Assembly: GCF_006345805.1 (NCBI RefSeq)
Contig: NC_043006.1
Span: 32,054,001-32,118,000 of the forward strand
Length of the DNA stretch: 64,000 nt
DNA from: Octopus sinensis
Taxonomy: Eukaryota
Direction: 5' to 3'
Shown: positions 1 through 12,247 of the stretch, one piece after another
How positions within the stretch are numbered: the first letter of the stretch is position 1
Layout: every line of letters begins with the position of its first letter
Made by a program: the position numbers and the translations under genes
Notes under the pieces: generated by a model
The model's input: only the letters and a program-made list of their open reading frames with translations
Told to the model about the DNA's origin: nothing
Database searches by the model: none

Positions 1-147
1 TTTTAACAGGTAAAAAGACAATAAAGAAACTCCATCTGTTGTACGGACCAGAAGTTGTTTCATCAAATGTTTAGGTGGAAGGTTACATTAAAATACAAAA
101 TTAGCAAGATGAGGAATGTTTAAAGTAGAAAGATAGATCGAACTTAC

Positions 148-417
148 AATGCGACCGTCACCACTGCCAATGTCAAGTAAGGTCCCACCACCCGAGCCTT
201 TTAATGCCCTCATCACATTTTGAACTTGAGTCGTGGTTGCTGGGACGAAGGGAAGGCACACTTTACGAAGAGCTGGTGACAAGAAAGGTGTTACCACCGC
301 ATAGAAACCCACAGCTATCGCACCTGATATTCCTAATATTGTTGCCCCAGTCGTAGTTAATTTATATTTCGTGTTTATATTCTTATTTTCAGCAGATATT
401 ACCTCAACATCACTCAT
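148..417 (-). CDS. ATPSCKMT: First coding exon of FAM173B/ATPSCKMT-like mitochondrial lysine methyltransferase; gene continues beyond the left edge
   Basis: ATG at 417; hydrophobic N-terminal segment, then YAVVTPFLSPALRKVCLPFVPATTTQVQNV and SAM motif I LLDIGSGDGRI, typical of FAM173 proteins; GTAAGT donor at 147; 270 nt, phase 0. Confidence 0.9.
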
Positions 418-549
418 GGTGCTTTTAAGGACGAAGCGTGCTTCAAGTGTAAAGTCTATAAATAGTGAACTGTAATTATCTCCCTTGTATTTCAGGGTAA
501 AGCTTTGTCGATCTTTCTTCTAAGACATGTGTTTCGAAATAGCCTTATA

Positions 550-587
<38 letters not shown>

Positions 588-2698
588 TATACATAAATAT
601 ATATATATATGTACATAATATATATAAATATATACACACACATATACTATATATATACATAAACATATATATGTATATATATAAATATATACACACGCAC
701 ATATACTAGCAGAGATACCCGGCGTTGCTCGGGATTAAAATGGCATAGTTTTTAATTGTGTTACTTGTTTCAGTCATGTGACTGCGGCCACGCTGGAGCA
801 CCGCCTTTATTCGAAGAAATCGACCCCAGGATTTCTTCTTTGTAAGCCTAGTACTTATTCTATCGGTGTCTTTTGCCGAATCACTAAGTTACGGAGACGT
901 AAACGCAGTAACATTGGTTGCCGAGCGATGGTGGGGACACACACACATACACGAAAGTCTTCTTTCAGTTTCCGTGTAAGAAATCCACTCCAAAGGTTTT
1001 GGTTGGCATGCTGTGCTTGAGGAGACCTATCGAGTCAAGTACAGAAACATCAAAATGAAAATTAAATGGAAATTGTAGTTGTGATCTCCGTGCTGGAGGC
1101 AAGTAAAAAGTATCATCTGAATGTGGTCGATGCCAGCGCTGCCTTCTGTGCCGACCGAATGTAGCCGTTGCCAGCTCCCTCTGGCTCCTGTCAGTGGCAA
1201 GTAAAAAGCACCCACTACACTCATGGAGTGGTTGGCGTTAGGAAGGGCATCCAGCTGTAGAAACACTGCCAGATCAGACTGGGGCTTGGTGCAGCCTCCT
1301 GGCTTCCCAGACCCCAGTCAAACTGTCCAACCCATGCTAGCATGGAAAACAGACGTTAAATGACGACGACGACGATGATGATATATATCTATATTACGGT
1401 GATGTACTTGCATAGCAAGTGACTTGATCTGAGATCATGTGCTGAAACAAAAACAATTGCAGCGTGGAAGGTGTTTAGAAGCCATTTAAAAACACACGCA
1501 AACCGTTAGATCCACTTCAACATTTAAATTTAATTTGTCAAAATATTTTCATCACTTTGAAACTCTCGAAGGCATGACTAAGATCTTTGGCATTATGCTG
1601 TGTTTCAGAAGAAGACCCATACTAGTGTCATGCAAACAGCACCTGTGCCGGTGGCACGTAAAAGCACCCATTACACTCTTGCAGTGATTGGCTGTAGAAA
1701 ATCATAGCAAATCAGACTAAAGTTAATCTAAGTCCCCTGTCATCCCTTCCAAGAAGCTCAAAATGTTGAGGTCAAATCTTCACCACTTCAGAAAAACATG
1801 TCAAACCATAGAAAAATATTACCTTGCTTGGAAACAGAGCTGTAGAAAATCTGCTACAATAAATTGTCTGACCTATGCACACATAGAAAGGGGACACTTG
1901 ATGATGTGTCTAGAAGTCCACTTCTTATCTACCTATTATATTGTCCCTATCACCATTAGTAACAGGAATTGTTTACTAACCATGACTAACATGTCTTCCT
2001 TTCTGGTCTCTTATCATCATCATCATTTAACATCTGCTTTCCATGCTGACATGCGTTGGATGGTTTGACAAGAGCTGGCTTGGCAGAAAACTGCACCATG
2101 CCTCACTGTCTGTTTTGGCATGGTTTCTATGGCTGGGTGCCCTTCCTAACACCAACAACTCCACATAAATATTTTATCCTGTTTGCTCCACCATATTTAA
2201 GATGGTATGGTCAGGGATTTGGCTATCAATTATTGCAGGGTGAGCAGTCACTTGGAAACTCCTTTAAGACTTGAGCTACCTAGTCTACTTCTGCAGTGTC
2301 TATGGAGATGCAGAAACGAATGGGTTATTGGAGAGAGAGTATAACACGCCTAGACTGTCATGCTGTGTCACCACATTCCACAGAGTGCAGCATTTTCATC
2401 AGTGGGTAGTATGGAGGATTGTTCAGACTAGAACAATAGATTGTAAGATATGTCCACTCATTTGGCTGACAGACCCAAGTTAAAACAGCAATTACCTGTG
2501 GACCATAGAATTGTTTGAATGAAGGTAACCTGGGTTTAAACACCATTGGCATTTCAGTGAGAAGGTCATGGGCAAGGAGTTAGGAACAAAAAAGTATTTA
2601 CAAAATACTATAAATATATAACTTGTGCGATAATGAAACAATCATTCCATTATGCCAAAGAATCAAAGAGAAGGAGTTAAATATAAAAATTGCTTTTT

Positions 2699-2771
2699 TT
2701 TATTATTATTTATAACCAACCCCTTATAATACTAATTATTATTATTATTAGCATCGTTATTGTTGTTTATT
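2699..2771 (-). terminator. Candidate NOL10 polyadenylation signals
   Basis: AATAAA on the minus strand at 2766-2771 (directly after the stop) and at 2699-2704. Confidence 0.4.
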
Positions 2772-2909
2772 TTATCCAACCCGTTTCCCCATCCAGAACT
2801 TTGGTTTTGATTTGAAGTTGCGTGTGATGTCATGAGCAGATCTACGAAGCTTCTTCCGTTCCAAATGATGCTCTTTTCTCTTTTTATGTTCCAATTCTTC
2901 ATCTTTGTC
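2772..2909 (-). CDS. NOL10: NOL10 exon 19 (terminal)
   Basis: DKDEELEHKKRKEHHLERKKLRRSAHDITRNFKSKPKFWMGKRVG-TAA; cag acceptor; 138 nt. Confidence 0.9.
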   Translation of the reverse strand, partial: DKDEELEHKKRKEHHLERKKLRRSAHDITRNFKSKPKFWMGKRVG

Positions 2910-5900
2910 CTGCAATAAAGAACAGAAACCATTTTATTTAAAATGACAATATAAAAAAAAAAAAAAAGGAAAACTAAATTATGATGGTAGGGCTTCAGCA
3001 TGGCCACAGTTAAAAAATATTCATAAATTTCCTTTGTTTTTTAAAGCTTCTAATTATTTTATTTGTTGTTTATTTCCAGATCAACTTTTATGTCTTTTGT
3101 TTTTTCTTCAGGTATAGTGTATCTAGGACTACATTAATCAGGGTTCTTTCTTTATTTGTAAGATGATAAAATGTAATTTGAGTATGTTTTGGCTGTTGTT
3201 ACTAGCATGTTGAATGCCCATTGAGTGATTAAGCTATCAGGTAATTAATTCTGAGATTCCACATCCAAATCTGCTGCATGTGTTTTTCAACAAACTGATC
3301 CTAAATCGTCTTGTCCTTTTTATTGAACCTTTGCTCCGAAAGAACCAAAATGGATTCAGACATGGGCGTTCAACGCTGAGCCAGATACTATGCCTGCGCA
3401 GACTTATTGAAGAATCAAAAGCATTTAATCACGATCTTGCAATGGTATTTGTAGACTTTTCTAAAGCGTTCGATTCTGTAGATAGGTACAAGATGTTTGA
3501 AATCCTTAAGCTCTATGGGATACCAGACAAAATTATTTCTGCCATCAAGATACGTCTTCAACCATCTTAACCCCTGATGGAGAAACATCATCTTTCTCGA
3601 TCAAAGCCGGAATATGGAGGGAGACACACTCGCCCCATTTCTTTTCATCATTGTTGTTGATTATGTGCTACGTATGTCAGTTGATACCATCTCTGGCAAG
3701 GGCTTTGAAATAAAACCAAGAAGAAGTTCCAGACACCCAGCTTGACAGACACTGATTCTTATCAGTGATTCGCTCTCCAATGCCCAGTCTCTTTTACAAT
3801 CACTTGAACAAGCCTCAAATTGTGTAGGTCTTTACCTCAATGAGACCAAAACTGAATACATAAACAAGTGCCTGTCCAACAGTGATTGCATCATCCATAC
3901 TCTCAACAGTGCGCCTTTAAATATGGTCTCTGATTATAAATATCTTGGGTCATACATATCATCATCTGGAAAAGACTTTCTAACTAGAAAGGGTATGGCC
4001 TGGTCAGCCTGTAATGACATGCATAAGATCTGGTCATCAAATCTAAGTAGAGACTTCAAACTTGAAATATTCAAAGCCACAGTCGAACCAATTCTACTAT
4101 ATGGCTCAGAAACCTGGACGTTATCAAAGAAGCTTGAGAGGCGGTTGGATGGAACCTACACTCGCCTCCTTATGAGAGCTCAAAATCTCTCGTGGAGGCG
4201 CCATCCAACCAAAATGCAAATATATGGGAGACTACCACCTGTGTCATCTCTTGTGAAAGGTAGGAGAGTCCAGTTTGCTGGACATTGTTGTAGAGCTGAA
4301 AAAGAAGTAATTTCTACTCTTCTCCTCTGGAAGCCATCTACTCGTAATACCAGAGGGCGCACACTCTCCTACCCTGATGTAGTCTCCAGGGATACAGGCA
4401 TCCACCAACAGGACCTCCGTAATGCTATGATGGACCGTGAAGTCTGGCGTAACATAGTAAATTCCATTGTCTCGACCACGGTCGAACAATGATGATGATG
4501 ATATGTTTTTCTTATATCTTGGGGCAAGACACCTTATTCCCCATACCCCTGTTAAACTGGGTGTCATCAGTGTGGCTGCTAAAGTTGCAGCCTCAGAAAA
4601 GGTAAAAGACACTTCCCTGAGGCTCCAACAAAAATGAAATCAAAACTGGGGCCACATGACTGCAAAGGGAACTAGATATCCACATGAGCAGATGCCTACA
4701 TGTTATGCAGAAAAGATACACGCAGGAGTGGCTGTGTGGTAAGTAGCTTGCTAACCAATCACATGGTTCTGGGTTCAGTCCCACTGCGTGGCATCTTGGG
4801 CAAGTGTCTTCTGCTATAGCCCCGGGCCGACCAATGCCTTGTGAGTAGATTTGGTAGACGGAAACTGAAAGAAGCATGTCGTATATATGTGTGTGTGTTT
4901 GTCCCCCTAGCATTGCTTGACAACCGATGCTGGTGTGTTTACTTTCCCGTCACTTAGCGGTTCGGCAAAAGAGACCGATAGAATAAGTACTGGGCTTACA
5001 AAGAATAAGTCCTGGGGTCGATTTGCTCGACTAAAGGCGGTGCTCCAGCATGGCCGCAGTCAAATGACTGAAACAAGTAAAAGAGTAAAAGAGTAAAGAG
5101 AGTCCGTAGGAAACTTACCTTCTTCAATGTGAACGAGAATTCCATGTGTCCTGACAAAGTATCTCGGCTCACTTTAGCTTCATCTTCATTCTCTTCATTC
5201 AAACGTTCAAACAAACTTTTCCTAAAAGACAAAAAGAAAAAAAAAAGAAAACAGAAATGTAGATACAGATCATCATCATCATCGTCGTCGCTTAACGTCT
5301 GTTTTCCATGCTGGCATGGGTTGGATGGTTTGACTGAGGACTGGTAAGCCAGAAGGCTGCACCAGGCTCCAATCTGAACTGAAACCAGGTTTCTACAGCT
5401 GGATGACCTTCTGAATGCCAACCACCCTAAGAGTGTAGTGGGTGCTTTTTACATGCCAGGGGCACAGGATCCAGTCAAGCAGGCCTGGCATTGATCATGC
5501 TTGGATAGTGCTTTTTACGTGCCACTGGCATGGGAGCCAGTCAGAGGGTATTGCCATTGGCCCCGTTCGGATGGTGCTCTTTATGTGCCACCAGCATGGG
5601 AGCCAGTCAGGAGTATTGGCATTGTCCCTGTTTGGATGGTGCTTTTTATGTGCCACTGGCATGGGAGCCAGTCAAGGTGTACTGGCATTGGCCATGTTCA
5701 GATAGTGCTTTTTTATGTGTCACTGGTACATGAGCCAGTCAGGCGGACAATAAATCGTTAATATGCATGGTAAAGAGCGAGACTTGAAATGGTGGCTTGC
5801 ATATTCATTAACACATTCTAGGAGATTGGAATGCAAATATGCTAATTGCTGTTGTGTTTGTCACAGGTAAACTGATTCTCCTTTGTAACAACTACATGTC

Positions 5901-8810
5901 CAAAGCACACTTGATTCAATAGTACAAAGGATTCTGGGACACTGTTGTTTCAAAATGTTGTGTTAGATCTTAAGAGATAACCTTGGAGCAATAAATCCAA
6001 CAAGAACTGATGGTTTTTGTTTATAATTTCAGCAATCAAAGTGTTTTGCTGATCCATGTTGATATCTGCCATCGGATCATTGTTTGCATGGCGAATAGCG
6101 AGATCTGAAACGTTGACTCACACCTTCATTCTTGATATGTTCCAGCAGATTTGAATGTAAATATATCTCTAATGACAAGTTTAATTATGATTGTACATAA
6201 ACATGTCATCTATGTGTTGTTTTTGGTTCATGCCCAGCATCTTATGCACCTTACCATTGAAGGTGCACATGATGTGGACACCAAATCATGGTACCACAGC
6301 AGCTGAAAGACGTATATACAACAGCTTGTAGAAGATGTTGCATGCCAAGTTGGAGACCTAAAAACTCTAACGGAAGATCGGGAGGAATGGAGAGAGGTAG
6401 TGAGGCTGGCCTGAGCAATCAGCCTGACTGGACGATGCATCGAGTTGATTTCGTTCATAATTAATGAATTAAAATTTCAAATTATTTTTATGCCTTTTCT
6501 TATGCTGATTTTCAAGGAATAAACTAAAAAATATTGTTTTCAAATATTGACACAAGGCCAGCAATTTCGAGGGAGATGGGTGGGGGGAGTTTGAACAGAC
6601 AAAATACCACAAAACATTTTGGCCATTCTGCTAATGATTCTGCCAGCTTGACGTCTTCTAAATCATAAAATATTAGTTGCAATATGACTGAGTGGTTCAA
6701 ATCTCATTGGAGGCGGCAGTAATGTTGTGGTTATTGTTTAATCTAGGTCAGTCATGATCAAGCAGATTGATGACATGTAAGTGATGAGTAAAGTTGTTTA
6801 ACCACAGGTCATCCTTGATTGAGCTGATTTATGACACAGAACTAGTCAGCTGATCAATTGTTGTTGTTGTGGGTTAAAAATGAAAACCTTGCCAAGAACT
6901 TACTAACAATCAACAATGTTAGGCCGCCGTCACCACCACCACTCTAACAAGCTCTTCTCCATGCTTGTGTGGGTTGGATGGAATTTGTTGATGCCACATT
7001 CCCTTCCTGTTACCAACCCTCACCTGTTTCCAAGTCAGGTAAGATTTCTCCCCCATGGGATGGGGAACCAGCCGACATGACTGCTTGTATAACAGTGACG
7101 CTCGTTTACAGCTATTATGCAATGCCAAGGCAATGAGACAGTAATACACACACACACACACACACATATACATATGATGGGCTACTCTCACTTTCTGTTT
7201 CTACTAAATCCATTTACATAAAGTGCCACACAGCAGGATTGAACCCAGAACCATGTTGTTGGGAAGCCAACTTCTTACCACACAGTTCACACACCCACGC
7301 ATGTACAAATATACAAAAAACCATTAAAAAAAACAATAAGAAAAAGAAAAATAGAGAAATACTAACTTGTTTTTCTTTTTTGCTTTTGGTAAAACATCGT
7401 CACCTTCTTTGAGTTCAAAGAATTTCGGTTTTGATTTCTCAGCAGACACTTTGCTCTCAGAGTTGGTCAAATCATTTTTAACATCGCCTCCTCCTCCTCC
7501 CTTGTCCTTCTTCTTTTCTTTCAATTTCCTTTTCCCCTCAACTCTTCGATGTTGTTCCCTTAACTCTTTCTTTACTTTCACCTCATCTTCCTCGCTCGTA
7601 CTGTCATCAGAGCTGGATTCGTCCTCACTCGCTTTACCTTCCAATTCTTCTTGCTGTGTGGACAGTGTAAGGAATGAAAAGTTAGCAACATGAATGAAGT
7701 AGAAAACATCAAGGGTGGGGGTGGGGGGCGGGGGGACAGGAGACATAATGATGGTGTATTGTTACAACTGAGAAGATATTGGTTTCACATTTTGGCACAA
7801 GGCCAGTAATTTCAGGGGAGAGGGTAAATTGATTACATTGATCCCCAGTATTCAACTGGTATTTATTTATTTTAGCAACTATAAAAGGATGAAAGACAAC
7901 ACTGACCTTGGCAGATTTTGAACTCAGAACGTAAAGATATGCAATGTGATGAAGCATTTTGCCCAGTATGCTAACGATTCTGCCAGCTCACTGTCATATG
8001 ATTAACCCTTTCGATACCAACCCGGCTCAAACTGCTTCTGGCTCTGAGTACAAATGTCTTGTGTTCAAAAGTTCTGAATTAAAATCTTCCACCAAACCTT
8101 AGTCACAATTTATGTTCCTAACACTAGCTGAATGGTAACTAAGTTATTTTACTAAATTCTTTGATATATTTAAAGTAATTGAAAGAAACACAGAGCATCT
8201 CAACAGTAATATGGTAACAAAAGGTTTAAAATATATAATAGAGAAACAATTCTTAACCCTTTCGATACCAACCCAGCTGAAACCGTCTCTGGCTCTGTAA
8301 TACAAATATCGTGTTTTCATAAGTTTTGAATTAAAATCTTCCACCAAACCTTAATCACAATTTATGCTCCTAACACTAGCTTAATGATAACTAAGTTATT
8401 TTACTAAATTCTTTATTATAGTAAAAATTAATTGAAAGAAACACAGAACATCTCAAAATAAATACGGTTAACAAAAGGGCTAAAGCAGTAACAAGAAGTT
8501 GTTCTCTCTTTTTATTACTGCACACGCAAACATCTTCAGCATTCTAATATTAACTCCCCTATGTTTGCAGGAGTCAAATGGAATTTAATGCAGCAGATCC
8601 TTTCTTGTCGCAAGTGTGTGCCTGTTTCCAAGCAAAGGTAATATTTCCATTGAGACCAGATACGTTTGCAAAGAATTCTTTTATTCTTTTACTTGTTCCA
8701 GTCATTTGACTGTGGCCATGCTGGAGCATTGGCTTTAGTCAAGCAAATCAACCCCAAGACTTATTCTATCGTCAAGCAATGGTGGGGGTGGCAAACACAG
8801 ACATACAAAA

Positions 8811-8850
<40 letters not shown>

Positions 8851-11800
8851 AGGAAAAAATCTATCAGAAAGGAACTCTAATCTTTTGATAAGCATAACAA
8901 ATGTGCAACCGGTAAAAAGAACTTTCACCTAATTAAATTACTTAAATTACTTAAATTATTTTGTCAGCATTTTCTTCATTTCCTTTTTTATATATCACAA
9001 CTCGTGTTCCACATCTCCTTTTTTAAATATATATATATATATATATATACATATACACACACACATACGTACATACACATACACACATATATATATATAT
9101 ATGACGGGCTTCTTCCAGTTTCCGTCTACCAAATCCACTCACCAGGCTTTGGTTGGTCCGAGGCTATAGTAGAAGACACTTGCCCAAGGTGCCATGCAGT
9201 GGGACTGAACCCAGACTAATGTGGTTGGGAAACATGCATCTTACCACACAGCCACACCATGAATGTTATTCATTTAAAACAATCACATGGTCTCAAAACA
9301 AAGAGGCTCAAACATACACACACACATACGTGTATGGGTTTACATGTGTTTGCTTTGTCCCCACCCCCACTTCCCACCATTTGACAACCCATGTTGATTT
9401 GCTTCTGTTCCCGTAACTTCATGGTTCAGCAAAAAGAAACTAGTAGGATATGTACCAAGCTTTAAGCAAAACCTAAGCCCTGGGGTCGATTTGTTTGACT
9501 AACCCCCCCCCCCCCCCCCCCCCGATGAGGTGGTGCCCCAGAATGGTCGTAGTCCAGTGACTGAAACAAGTTCAAGATAAAATATTGTTTATTTGGTGGA
9601 AGGGGGAGGGGGCAGTCATTGTCAGTTTGAGGAGCACAAGGGTAGAGAGGTATAAAGACAGAGAGGGAAAAAAAGAGAGAGAGAAAACTAAGAAGATAAT
9701 ATGAAATGAATTGAGAAGGAGTGAAAGGAAGAGTTATAGATTGAAGGGAGTTGGAATATAGTGTTGGGGGAGGACAGGAGAAAGAGTAAGAAGGAGAGGA
9801 AAGGGAGACGCAATAAGGAAGGAGGAGACATGAGAATGAGTAAGAAACAGAGAGAGGAGGGAGGAGACAGAAGAAAGAGAAATAAAGAGAGGGAGGGAGT
9901 AGCAATGAGGAGGAGAAAGAGTAAAAAAGAGAGAAGAGGGAGGAGATAGAAGAAAGAGAGGGGAGGGAGTAGATAGAAGAAAGTGTAGGAAAGAGGGAGG
10001 GAGGAAACAGAAGAAAGAGTAAGAGAGAGAGGGAAGGAGAAGTAATAAGGAGGAGACGGGAGAAAGAGTAAAAGAGAGAAGAGGGAGGAGACAGAGGAAA
10101 GAGTAAGAATGAGAGGGGAGGGAGTAGATAGGAGAAAGAGTAAGAAAGATAAGGGAGGGAGGAGACAGAAGAAAGAGTAAGAAAGAGAATGAGGGAGTAG
10201 CAATAAGGCGGAGACAGGAGAAATGGTAAGAAAGAGAGAGGAGACAGTAGAAAAAGTAAGAAAAAGAGGGGAGGGAGTAGCAGTAAGGAGGGAGGAGAAA
10301 GAGATGACTACATACCCCAACAGGTTTGAACTGATCTTTAACTTCTTTCTTTTTCTGTTTCTTGTGAAGATCTTTTTCAAGTTTCGTAATGAGGGGACTG
10401 ATTAAGTGGAATTCTTTGCTGGTGCGATCGATTCGGAAGTTTTTGTTGTGGAACATGGCAGAAAAACGTTTGTCTTTCAAGAGGTTTGGCAGCTTTTCAG
10501 ATTTCTGTGGGAAAATAAGAGAAAATATTTCAATAGATGGCACCATTCATAGAGATCTTTGGTGGCACACAAGCATATATACATGTGTATGCATATATAT
10601 ACACACATGTATATATGATGATGATGATATGATAGCATAGAAAAATACAGGTATAGCAAATATCATACAACAAATTCTTCATCTACAAAATTTATCTCCA
10701 CCTCTAGAGAATGCATCACTATTACTAAATTGCAATTAGGACCAGCTCCACTTGAGGAAGGGAGATAATCTCAAAAATTCTCCAAAAGTGACATACCATT
10801 AAGAAACAGAATAAGCTTGTTGGCTGGAGATAAGAGGACAGTTGTGGACATGTTTCTGCCACATTAGACATCATCAGCATGACAATCGTCCAATCTTATC
10901 TTCATCGACCAAAAGACTTATAACTTAAAAAAAAAAAAGGGTAGAACATTGATGGTCTAGGTCAGTGGTTCCCACACCGTTTCAGTCTGGCATCCAGGAC
11001 ACATTCCTAGCTCCCTCTCCACCACAAACATAGACTACTTTCTGCATCAGATTTGAAAAGACTGTATTTCACAAATAAAACTTAACCTAATTAACCAATT
11101 ATTTTGTTGTTTTTACATCCATCGTCCCCTTTTGGCCACCCCATTATCGCCCCCACTTTTCTTCAGTGCAACCCCTGATTCTTTGCATGCCTACTAGAGG
11201 GGCAGTGCCACCCACTCTGGGAACCACTGGTCTAGGTAATATCATTATTTGGCTTGACTTCATCATTACAAATTATATGACTTGATGCAAGCACGTGCTC
11301 AGCTGTCCCCTCCATTTATGCAGATACCCAAACAAAGAACGGGAGTAGTTTCTTGAATTTGGCTCAACCCCAATTTCCTTAGATGCTACCTCTGCCTCAT
11401 GCAGTTTTTGCATTGCAATGGCCATTAAGTAGTCATGTCACATCTGCACGAGTAACCTGCTTCTGTTTCAGGGTTGGCTACACTTGTTAATATTTTCTTT
11501 ATGCTATACTTAAAAAGAGATCCGACAAAATGTAGCATCTTAGGAAAGTGTTGGTTGATTAAACTAACAAAGATCCTGCTGACGCAAGTTTCTTCCACAG
11601 AACTGCAACATTTGATTTTAAACTCATTAGTTGAAGTCGTACACTGCAAACAAACAAAAATAAAAAGAATAAATACGTTAAACATACAACCAAACCAAAC
11701 CAAACACAAACATCAAATGTTTGTATGTAGAAAAATGGCTGACAACTGAATCCACATGAACAAGCATGTGTGTATATATATTATTTGTGGAGGGGCAATG

Positions 11801-12190
11801 GCCCAGTGGTTATGGCAGTGAACTCGCAATTTCGATTCCCAGACTGAGCATCACGAGTGTTTATTGAGTGAAAACACCTAAAGCTCCATGAGGCTTCAGC
11901 AGGGGGTGGTGGCGAACCCTGCTGTACTCTTTCACCACAACTTTCTCTCACTCTTTCTTCCTGTTTCTGTTGTACCTGTATTTCAAAAGGGGCCAGCCTT
12001 GTCACACTCTGTGTCATGCTGAATCTCCCCGAGAACTATGTTAAGGGTACACACGAGACTGTGGAGTGCTCAGCCACTTGCACGTTAATTTCATGAGAAG
12101 GTTGTTCTGTTGATTGGATCAACTGGAACCCTCATCGACATAACCGACGGAGTGCCATAGTAGTAATATATTATGTGTGTGCGTATATAT

Positions 12191-12247
<57 letters not shown>

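Noticed and set aside
88-147. C-terminal part of the 109-aa ORF
   Set aside because: Intron read-through after the GTAAGT donor at 147
9462-10380. Hydrophobic Leu/Ser/Phe-rich ORFs resembling membrane proteins
   Set aside because: Translation of the CT-rich low-complexity tract; only 10316-10504 is exonic
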